Of a DNA stretch of 64,000 bases, positions 50,795-64,000 are shown in pieces. Origin of the DNA: Vitrella brassicaformis CCMP3155 (lineage: Eukaryota; Protista; Chromerida); contig CDMY01000300.1 of NCBI GenBank assembly GCA_001179505.1, positions 1 to 64,000 of the forward strand, given 5' to 3'. The notes beneath the pieces are model-generated. The model ran no database searches and had not been told where the DNA came from. It was given only the letters and a program-made list of their open reading frames with translations. How positions within the stretch are numbered: the stretch's first letter is position 1; every line of letters begins with the position of its first letter. The position numbers and the translations under genes are program-made.

Positions 50795-53277
50795 CACACA
50801 CACGCCCCAATGCGTGTGTGTGTGTGTGTGTCTGTCTGTGTGGCAGGCTCCCATGGTGCTGTTGGTGAGTCGTCTGGACCAGGACGACTTCGAGACCCTG
50901 CTCAAGGAGCTGATCAACCGTCGCGTGGACGCCATAGAGGACAGCAAGATACTACTTGGCCTATGCACCACCACTGACAAGGTAAGCGGCGCCGCACACA
51001 AGACGCAGCAACCACGCTCATCCATCTGTTGTGTGGCTCCTTGTGTTCAGGAAGAGGTCGCACAGCTCATCAACAGTACTGAGTTCCTCAAGCGCTGCTC
51101 CAACGAGGAGAAGGTGGCGTTCGACAAAATACTCGATGCGTTCAGAGAAGTACTGCCATTCTGGTGAGTAAGTGACTGAGTCAGTCAGTCAGTCAGTGGG
51201 ACACACTGGAGCATACCCACGGACACCTGCTGGCTGCCTGGCTGCCTTTTAGGTTCTCGAAGGATGTGCACGCAGCTGTGATCAACATTGGCTACGACAA
51301 CGTCCCCCCAGGGCTCTTCGCCGGCCTCCGTGAGTCCCTGCTCGAGTGGGAGATCAATGACGTCTTCACCGTATGGTCATGGGTGCGGGAGGTGGCCGAG
51401 TTCATGGCTGCCGAGCGCCGCGCCGCCCCCTTCATGGCAATGGCAGCAGCCAAGGTGAGCAAGCACGTCAACAGCCACGTACGCAGACGCACATATGCAT
51501 ATGTGTGTTGGCACAGGACCAGGCGGCTGTTCGTCACCTGTACGAGTTTTACGATTCGGTGCAGAGGTCGCTGGACGTGCTAGACAGCTACTTGATGCCG
51601 TGGATGCTGCAGAAGCACAACCTCATGGACAAGGACGGCATCATACGGGTGAGCAGGGCAACCACACACACCACACCAACCGTTGGCTCATCGCTGCCTT
51701 CTGTTGTGTGCTGTAGCCGGGCGTCGAGGGCATCCTGTGTGTCTTGGCGTCCATGTGCGACAAGCATGGGGTTGGGCCCGACTTCGTCGCAGACCTCACC
51801 CCCACAACAGACGACATCGGAAGCCAGAAGCGACCCTTCACGGCATTGGAGGCCAGTATGATCATCGGAGCTGGCCTCAGAGGTCAGCACACTGTCTGGT
51901 GTGGGTGGGGGTGTGGGTGGGTGGATGGACGCCTCCTTGTGGGTGTGCATGTGTGTGTTTGTAGCCGTCAGCGACATGTTGCTGCTCGAGAAGACCCCCT
52001 TCTACAACACCAAGGACACCAAGGACTTCGGTACGCGGCAGAAGCCGCATGAGAGTGCGGTGCACCTCATACACCGCTATCCCAACCAAGCCTTCGACCT
52101 GCTCGAGTTGACTGAGGTACATACGTGAAGAGAAAAGGGAAGATGGATCAATGGACCCACGCAGCAGATCCCTGTCTGTCTGTGGGTGGATGTGTGGATG
52201 CAGATGAGTGACGAGAACGTCGCGTTGCTTCAGGACCTCATGTGGCGAGTGGGGGAGCGACACCACCGCCATCACTCCAAGCTTCCCGAGCCCCACACCA
52301 CCACCTGGGGCAACGGTCTCAGCGCCGTCTGGGCTGCGATAGAGGGTCCAATGCCGCTCACCGAACACATCAAAGAGAAGCTCGATGAAGCGAAACAGGT
52401 AGATGGACACCGGGTCGATGGACACCCCTTCCGTCTATCTGTTTGTCTCATCACACTGCCACATAGGAGGAGGAGGAGCAGCAGCAGCAGAGTAGTGGTA
52501 GTGGCGGTGGCAGCAGTGCGGACGGTGGTGGTGTGGACGGTGTGGAGGACGACAAGAAGCACGCCGAGAGCGACACTGCAGGTGGCAATGGTGGTGACGG
52601 TGGTGGTGGTGGTGGGGATAGCGAGATGGGCAAGGGCGATATGGTGGTCGGCACGAAGCAGGTAAGTTTGAGGGAAAGAAGGCCAACTGACATGTTGTGT
52701 CGGATGGAGGATATGTGTGTGTGTCTTCATCCATAGGTTTGTGTCTGGGACAAGCCGTTCGTCAACATGCTGCGCCAGCGGCTGCCCGCCTTCACCGCCA
52801 TATGCCGCGTCATCGACGAGACTCGCAAGACTCCCAAGGATAACAACAAGATCCAGAGGCCCAGCGTCAGCATCCCGTATGACTTCAAGAGGCTATACAA
52901 CCTCATCAAGTGTACGTTTGCATCTATTCACCCACACCGCTGGAAACGTCTTGCTAAGTCTGTCTGTCTGTCTGTGTGTTTGTGTGTTTGTGTGTTTGTG
53001 CTCTGCGTATGCCTTCCTCTGTTAGCATCCATTGACGAGATCGCTGTTGTCGACCCGCAGCTGCACTAAAGCATCGACAAGCTGCTGAGCGCCAATGGGC
53101 CACTCAGGAAGATCAACATGATGGCGGAGGGGGTTTCGGCATCCATTCTCGAGCATCCCAACTTCATCATGGTGAAGCGCCAGAGCGGTGCGACGGGTAT
53201 GCGACGCATGGTTGGATGAGAAGGAAACACACACACACGCACGGCAATAAGTCAATGTGTCTTGTCCGTTTCTCTCC

Positions 53278-53310
<33 letters not shown>

Positions 53311-53797
53311 TCTGTGATCCCTCAGCAGCGAGTGCTTCAGGTGGATAGCGAGGGAAGAGGAGACGTGCACGAAACGCTCATCTGTATCGGTGTCCGTGTG
53401 CTTGTGTGTCCTGCCATCAGCGGGCAAGTTTGCGGGAGAGGAGCCGTCCGTGAGCTCCGATGGTGCTGGGGGACTCAAGAGTACCACCTATGAATCAGGT
53501 AGAAGGAATCACGAACCATACAGAGGCGGTGCGCGCATCAACCAAAGCATCACTGTCTATTCGTTTCTTTCAGTTTCTGATGCGTCTTCGCCGTCTGCAT
53601 CGCAGAGCGAGGCCTCGGCTGGACACGCCGCACCCGCGATGCGCCACGAACCAGGTGGGTGGGCGGCTGGGACACATACACATACACATGCACCGCACGG
53701 AGCGAATGCCGTTCATTCCATCATTTTCTGTGTCTTTCGCTCAGGTGAGACCTACTACGCTGCAGACTACGCACTACCACCAGAGGAAAATCCTTGA
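49997..53797 (+). CDS. Large multi-exon helical hypothetical protein with an in-frame TAA at 53067-53069
   Basis: More than 12 GT-AG-bounded exons from METESKEEQ. The frame stays open past the TAA and splices in phase to ...YALPPEENP*. Confidence 0.6.
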
Positions 53798-55382
53798 AGT
53801 ACACCAACCAACCACAGCCCCCAACACACACAACACACACAGCTGTACACACACATTGAATGCATTCAAACATTCGGCACCGCACCGTATCTGACTGGGA
53901 CATAGGATGGGTTCAGTGAGCTAGGATTGACTGCCTTTCATGGGTCCGTGCACTCGTCCGTCCCATGGACGGACATTCGTACTCCATCCACATACATGAA
54001 TGAGTCCTTACTTACTGCAGACAGAGATTCTATCTACTCATCTATCTATATCTTGCGATGGCTGGCTGGCTGCCTGGCTGGCTGCCTGCCCGTTTTGCCT
54101 TTTATTTATTCGTAGCATGCATCGCCAAACGACCACCGACATGTGATTGGTGTGGACCATCCGTCGAGTGTGTGCGCACCGCATGTGTCGACACATCCGT
54201 CATGCACCCTTGACGGATGTGTCGACGGATGGATGGATGGGATGGATTCATACTCACTCGCCTATGTAATTGTTTATACTACTCACTCGCCCGCCCCCCT
54301 GGTTGGGCTGCCTGTCTGCCCTTCCCCCCTTATGTCAATACGTCGATGTATGTTCGCCCGACCATTTGTCCGAATGGCTGTTTTGTGTGCCCATCGAGGG
54401 AGTTATGGGAGCATGATAGATAGATGGATGGATCGCGCGACGTGCACTGCATTCCCTCCGCCTGCTGCCTGCCTGCCTGCCCTCAGTGAGTGTGGCCCTT
54501 TTCGCCGACACACAGCACAGCTGACGACCCAACACACACACGGCCACAACCCACCACCGCCCGGCAACCAGGCAGCCAGAAGGAGGGAGGAGTGCAGGCG
54601 TGTCATGGGTGTGTGTGTCCGGCTGTCTGGCTGGCTGACTGATGTGGGTCTTCTCTCCTGGGTCTGCGTCGATGCGCGGTGCCTGCTTCCCTTGCAAGCC
54701 GCGACGGAGGTACCATGCATCGACGCAGAGAACAAGGAAGGGGCCGCATCAGTGCATTGAAAGACACGAAACATTGCCTAGATAATACATAAATAAACGC
54801 AAGCTTCTTCCCGGAACGGAAACGAACGTCCATACAGGCTTTCTATACGGCGACCGACCAGCCAGCCAGCCAGCCAGCCAGCCAGTTGGTTGTGTGTGTG
54901 TGCGCGTATGTGTGTGTTTCTGCCGCAACCTCTAGCGCACTCCACCGCTCACGAGATACCCATCCCCTGTCTCACGAGATACTCCACCGACTCATTGGTT
55001 TGTGGGCGGTGTGGTGTGTCTGACGTGCATGCAATGATGGTTCATCTGTACACACACACACACGAGGTGTCCACCGCCATGCATAGATCCATCCATCCAT
55101 CCATCCATGGACTCATTGACGCACCAGCCACATCCCCCTCTCACCCTCATCCGGTCCAACTGGGACACACCCATCCATGGGCAATACATATATGTACCTC
55201 TGTTTACACACACTATGCACACGTTCATATCGTTTATGCCCCCCCCTCCAACTCAATAGCCCATGTCCGCCACACGCATGTCGCGTCAGCTCGCCTCGCC
55301 TAGCCCACCAAATTATACACAACGAGCAGAGGGGGTGGGTGAGGCAGCAGCCATCTCACTCCACACTGACAAGCACCCACCT

Positions 55383-56079
55383 TCACTGCTCTGTTGCCTC
55401 TTCCTGGTAGATGAGCATGTCTGCAATGGTGTCGCTCAGCAGACCGCGCACCAGAAGGGCGGTAGAGGGCCGGCGGTGATGACACGGACGACCACTGCAT
55501 TCAGGGAACCAGCACAAGCCAATTAATGGCTCAATCATCACAGAGGACCTGCTGTCCTTTCTCACCTATGTTCGTGTGGGCACTGCTGGCGAGAACGATA
55601 CATGCGACGAATGGCATGTCGAAGGAGGTCGTCGCCGTCGAACCTGCCCGCCACGGCGGCTGTGCATCAGTTGGGTGGCTGGAGGGGCGACTGGTTCAGG
55701 AGGCCGTGCAGCACACCGATATGAGCATACCTGAAGAAACAAACACATCCAGAAACAAACACAGAACAGTGATCGGTCTGCAGCCTGACGGCTGCATCCC
55801 TCGCTCGCCACACATGAATCACTCACATTGACTGACCTGCCGTCGGCGCTGCGGGCACCTTCTGTGTCCTCCGCCTCCATCAATCGCTGGCTAGTCGTTG
55901 CTCGGCTCGGCCCTTCGGGCCTCACCTTCGCAGCCAAAGACAATGGCAATGGCCGTCGCAGCTGCCGGTGACGAGGGTTGATGTGCTGTATGATGGAGTC
56001 GAGGTGGCTCCTGTGCCGCTCGATGGTCTTCTCGCGGTCGATGATGCCGCGACGACGGTCGCCCTCAAACCACTACCAC

Positions 56080-56114
<35 letters not shown>

Positions 56115-56502
56115 GGGGGTGGATTCATAACCGTCTGCAGACCATCCCACCAGGCTCTTCTCCCTGCTGGCTGACCTTGCGGGCCTTGTCCAGGGCCAGG
56201 TGCATGGAGACTAGGGCATGTTGGTGGAACACGAGTGTGCTGAGGTAGGCAGGGAAGGACAGCAGGACCGACGGCAAGCGGAAGACTGTCCTCTCAGCCG
56301 ACTCAAACCATCCATCGAGGCCGCGTGTGGTCACTATCACCTGGACAGGCGCAACACACACACTCGTGTCATGACTGTGCCCGTGCATTGCCATCCACCC
56401 ATCGTATGCCTCACCCACCCTCGCGCCAGGGTATTTCCTCAGCAGCTCTTTGTAGTAGAGGGCAGCGGGGTACCCGACGGCAGCTCTGTAGCCTGAAGGA
56501 AA
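55383..56502 (-). CDS. Sulfotransferase-family (P-loop, Sulfotransfer_4-like) protein, partial; 5' end lost in the gap
   Basis: FPSGYRAAVGYPAALYYKELLRKYPGAR|VIVTTRGLDGWFESAERTVF matches the F.GY.A.VD.P...Y.EL...YP.AKVILT.R...W..S...T pattern. The 3' exons are uncertain. Confidence 0.7.
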
Positions 56503-56802
56503 NNNNNNNNNNNNNNNNNNNNNNNNNNNNNNNNNNNNNNNNNNNNNNNNNNNNNNNNNNNNNNNNNNNNNNNNNNNNNNNNNNNNNNNNNNNNNNNNNN
56601 NNNNNNNNNNNNNNNNNNNNNNNNNNNNNNNNNNNNNNNNNNNNNNNNNNNNNNNNNNNNNNNNNNNNNNNNNNNNNNNNNNNNNNNNNNNNNNNNNNNN
56701 NNNNNNNNNNNNNNNNNNNNNNNNNNNNNNNNNNNNNNNNNNNNNNNNNNNNNNNNNNNNNNNNNNNNNNNNNNNNNNNNNNNNNNNNNNNNNNNNNNNN
56801 NN
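56503..56802. other. Assembly gap (300 N)
   Basis: Run of exactly 300 N. Confidence 0.99.
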
Positions 56803-57505
56803 ACGGGCGGTGGTGGTGGCCTTGGTCCTGATGCTACTTGGCCGACCCACTCCTGTCTGTCCGCGGCCCCCCTCCCTTGGCCCCATCGTGTCCCTCCCTC
56901 TGTCGGCCCTCTCGCCACTGGCACCCCCTCCACCACCAGCCCCCGCCGCCGCCCTACTATCGGTTCTCTTGGTCCTGTGCTTGGCAGGTCGGTGTGGGGG
57001 GTGGAGTGGGTCATGCTCCTTCCTGGGAAGTGGTGTGTCATCGTCTTCAGAGGCGCCTCGTGAGGTGGCGCTGCCGCTGCGCGACCGGTGTGCCAGGCGA
57101 CACATGGCCGTGTGCTTGGCCAACACCTTGGGCGAGAACCGCGTGTCGCAATGGGGACACAACTCGAAGTCTATCGGCAGACCCGCCGCACCCACACGAC
57201 GCTGCTGGGCATTGTACCTGCCCGCAACACCACAGCCGCCAAAGACACAAGACACAGGCAGCCAAGCCACCTAACTACTGAGCGGTACTCCCCTTGTTTC
57301 TGTGTGGCTGCGGTGCCTACCTTTCTCTGTGTGTGTGTTGGGCGGTGCACTTGTGTTTCTTGAGGGCCTCCTGGTTGAAGCTCCTGCCGCACTTGTCACA
57401 CATGATGCGGCTGTCCTTCGCTGCCCCGCCCGACGCCTCGGTGGCCGCCACCGACTCGATGATGGCCATAGGGTCCTGCAGGAGGGGACGGATAGGCTCC
57501 TCATC
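56803..57505 (+). repeat. Direct repeat copy 2 (partner 43041-43745)
   Basis: Near-identical sequence; truncated by the gap on the left. Confidence 0.95.
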
Positions 57506-60500
57506 AAAGTCACGTACCACCGGGGGAGAGGCGGGGGTGATGGCCGACACACCCATGGCCCCCTGGTCGGCTGGCGTCTGATGGTCAGGCGGTGGGCTGA
57601 TGCCTCCCAGGCCATAGTCTGGCCCGTCCTCCTTGGGGGACACGTGCAGTGCCGTCTGCTGGGACGCACTCGACCCCGTCCACTCGGATGCTGCGCTCTG
57701 GTCAGAGGTCCGCAGGCGGTGCGGCGGCGACTCACCCATCGCTATACCATCATCCTCCTCGTCATGGCCCACCACCGACCCAGCACCACCGCCTCGCGAT
57801 ATGCACACGTCACTCGCAGAGATTGCCGGAGGCGTCACATGGACACCACCGACCGCCGACGGGACACTGTCACGACTCAGACGCCCGCCAGCTTGAGTGT
57901 GCATCGAGTCGAGCACCGGCTGCCCCGCTGTCCCTTGTTGTTGCCTCTTGGCCTTGGGTCCGCCTGTGGATCGCAGCCCGGCCAGTCGAGGTGGTGGGGG
58001 TGGGGGCGCCTTGATGGGAGCTATTGTGGGCGGCGACCGCTGCCGCCGACCCGGGTGGGGCTGGTGAGGCTGGGAACCGACACTCTCACGTATACTCCCC
58101 GCACCGCTCTCTCGCACGTCGCCGGTGGCGGTGTCGCCGTCCAGTCTTGAAGTGGCACTCAGATCCACAAGACGGGCACCTCGGTGGTGGTCCACTGTCG
58201 GTGGTGGCCCATTGTCGGACGACGCAGCCTCCAGTGGCGGTGACCACCGCATCGGCTGGAAACGGCCGGGCTGTGTCTTTGACCCACCCACGGCCAGTTG
58301 GTCGATGGGAGGTGCCGGTGTGAATCTTGGCTGCCGCAGCCCCTCGACCAGCCCCGGCTTGTTTCTGTGTCGTCTGCGCCTGGCGGCGACGGGCTGGTGC
58401 ACACCGACGTCATCAGGGAGTCGCCGAGGGTAGAATGTCGTCTGGCTGCGGGACGATGGACAGGGGAAAGGGACGGCGTTGGGGGGAGGACGAGACAACA
58501 TCCGCAGCCCTCCCAACACGCTGTCGTTGGAGGCCACGCTGTGGGCTATGCTGCGGGCGGTGGCCAGGGGCATGTCCCCCTCACTCACTGTCCCGTCGTC
58601 GTCGGCCGACTGCTGGGGGGGCTGCTGCTCGTCTGGTGGTTGATCGGTCAGAGATGGGTCAAGTGGGGCCTGGATGCGATGCTGCAAAATCCCCCCCCTG
58701 CTGCTGCGGCGGACATCTGAGCCCCTGATGATGCCATGTAGCGATCCACTGCTGCGATGATAGGCCGACGACCCCGCCCCGCTGGACGGTTGGGGGTGTC
58801 GAGGTGGCAAGCCAGACCGACGGTGGGTGGCACCACCAGGGAGCTGGTGGCCCGACGTCAACAGGAGATGGGGACCGTCTTGGGAAGCCATAATGAAGAC
58901 ACTATCATCACTGAGCCACTCGTCGCTGAGCTGCAGGCTGTCCGTCCCGCCCGTCCGCGCCACGCGGTGCACGCTCGCCTCTGTCCCCGTGTAGAACCGG
59001 TCGTTGTCGCTAGAGGCAACAGGGGCCGATCCTGAAGCACCACCCTCCTCATCCTGGCCATCCACACGCTCCCCTCCACCACCGCCTGCCGATACTGCTT
59101 CAACACCATGGGTAGTATCAGTGCCGCCCGGGAGACCCACAGGGATTGGTGTGTCCACCACCACCCCCGCCTCCTCCCCTGTCTGTCTGGCTGGTGTCTC
59201 CCCGGGTGTGACAGGTCTGCCAGCACGAGGCCCCCTGTGTGGTGGGGTGGGTGCGGTGCCCCCTCCCAGTCTGCGTTGGCGTCTGAGGTTCATGAGGTGG
59301 CTGTCGGGAGAGGGCCGCAGGTATGGGGTGGCCGTGGGCGGCTGGGGGAAACGATCCTCGTGGTACGTCGACTCGTCAGGCCGAGGGGGGCCTGCAGTCG
59401 CTATCTGCAGCCAAGGGACGGCCGGGGGTGGAGAACAGCAAAGCCAGAGAAGCACACGAGGCAAGTTGGTCAGGGAATGTGTTGGTTGTATTGTGTGTGT
59501 CTAGTTTAATCTGGTGGCATGGGTTGCTCTGCTCACTCACCCTTTGAGTGCAGTATCGTTGGTGGTCCGCCCACGACGCTTGGGGCACGTCGTTGAGGCA
59601 CACCTCACACCGACGGCACGACTGCTCGAAGATGCCGACAGCAGGAGGCAGCTCTGCTGCGTTGCCGTCACCCGCTCCACCCCCACTGCCACCCGCACCC
59701 CCCGCGCCGCCACGCAGGGGCAATGGGCTCTCGAACAATTGCGAGTCGGGCGGCGGGGCGTCAGAATCGTGAGGGGCGGCCGACCCTCTCTGGTGGTCCA
59801 TTTGCTGCTCCTGTTGATGTTGGTGGGGGTCACGATCGTCCGGCGGCGTCGGGTGGCGGCCATCCGAGTGCTGGTCCTCGAGGCTGTGGATGGTGGACGG
59901 GAGGCCGACGAGGCGACAGAGCACACCCCCTGGGCTGGCCTCATAGTCCACAGAGACCGTCACAGGCTGCGACGGGGCTCCCCGCACACGATCGTCAAAA
60001 CGCAACCTGGACGTACCAACAGAGAGGAGAGAGGGACGTCTGAACGCCCGCCACCTCGTGTGTACCATGCATGTGATGGATGTATGTATGCATTCATGTA
60101 TCAATACTGGCAGCTAGCTTAGCTTACGGTCTATCGTAAGTATGTTGCACCACTGTGTCTGGTTGCGGCTCATCCGAATCTACATGCATAGCCTCGCCAG
60201 CCGACCAAGGAAGGCCATCTCTGGTATGTGCACCGGACGCAACGGGAGCAGGTTCCGGTGGGGCGGAGAGGCCTCCTCGGCAGTAATGGCTGTCTGCTGC
60301 CCTCTCTGTGCCGCTCGACAGGTCTGATTGGGCACCACCCTCCTGCTCCTCCTGCTGCTGCTGGTGCTGATGCTGGTGGTGGTGGTCGTCGTCGTCGTCA
60401 TGTGGTGGCTTCCCTGGCGGCACGGCTCGGTCAGCGGCCTGGATGTCGATGCCGCCAGAGGGGCTGCTGTCGACGTGGCCATCATCCTCATCATCCGACT

Positions 60501-60671
60501 CGTCTACTTGCTGCTGGCGAGCTGAGTGGATGAATCAACCAACCAACCACAAACACACAAAAAGAGGCCCGTGGAGCAGTGAGGCGGGAGGTGTGTTTCT
60601 TCCTACTTACCCTGCGATTCGGCAAGAATGTCGACGCAGAAGAACCTCGAGGTGGCGCCAGGTTGCATCAT
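56803..60671 (-). CDS. Low-complexity protein with C2HC-type zinc fingers; 5' part intact, runs into the gap
   Basis: In-phase exons from MMQPGATSRFFCVDILAESQ; CEVCLNDVPQASWADHQRYC; a 715-codon ORF ending MCDKCGRSFNQEALKKHKC; CPHCDTRFSPKVLAKHTAMC. Confidence 0.7.
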
Positions 60672-61159
60672 GTAATCCTCAGCCAGATCCCTCCGTCACT
60701 GTAACAGCACGTTTGAGCAAGGGCGTCACCATACACAAATGGAATGGTGGGAGAGGGTCTTCTGCTGCTCTTCCCACTCCATCCATGCAGTCAGTAATTA
60801 CAGCAAACACAGACCAGCAGTGCAGCACGACTGGAAGGAAAAGGCCTCACAATTTGCGAGCTTGACGCCAATCCCTGCTTTTGACGTCGCTGCGTCTGTC
60901 CCTTTTCTCTGTCTTGTTCTCAACGATCTTCAACGTACGTCCCTATTTAACGCGAGGAGGCATAACACATCGGTCCCTCGCGCAGCGTCTTGGGGCCCAG
61001 CCCTCGCAACCAGCAATTGGCAACCAGTGAGTGAGATGCAGACGAGGCAACCATGATAGGTCCAGGTCGGCCCGACACACTTGCTTCAGTTGGTATGTGT
61101 GTGTGATGCAGAAAGCTGTTGGTGACACCATTGGCTCGGCTGCCTTCCCTCCCGCCGGG

Positions 61160-64000
<2,841 letters not shown>

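Noticed and set aside
53800-55380. Short ORFs in the region between the hypothetical gene and the sulfotransferase fragment
   Set aside because: The region is microsatellite-rich with no convincing in-phase exon chain or recognisable motif; it is treated as convergent 3' or intergenic DNA.
4472-56802. Five N-runs and long ORFs spanning them (e.g. 4410-5888, 11395-12372, 56125-57270)
   Set aside because: All gaps are exactly 300 N and so are probably placeholders. ORFs crossing them are artefacts, and distances across them are unreliable.

Overview
Eukaryotic, GC-rich, intron-dense genomic DNA. Introns are short GT-AG type and full of (GT)n, (GACA)n, (GATG)n and (TGAA)n microsatellites. This style plus the gene content suggests a chromerid alveolate such as Vitrella (inference). 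I can support about 22 protein-coding loci, mostly spliced. They include a RecQ4-like helicase, an ankyrin-repeat gene with a frameshift, a degenerate ENO4-like enolase, type I IPP isomerase, Rab18, SDF2-like (KDEL), SAS-6, PIG-P, a CENP-B/Tc5-HTH protein, FIP1, a divergent kinase, a sulfotransferase-family fragment, a C2HC zinc-finger gene, a DFD-motif CAMK-type kinase and several hypotheticals. Most genes sit in tight head-to-head pairs, and three intergenic upstream regions share the exact 10-mer TCCGTGAAAC. There are two local segmental duplications: a three-copy unit at 1-1197, 10859-12771 (inverted) and 27258-30990, and a ~705 bp repeat at 43041-43745 / 56803-57505. All five gaps are exactly 300 N, so they are probably placeholders of unknown true size. 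I recognised no rRNA, tRNA, CRISPR array or intact transposase. Exon boundaries and family assignments come from manual reading and motif recall, not database searches.
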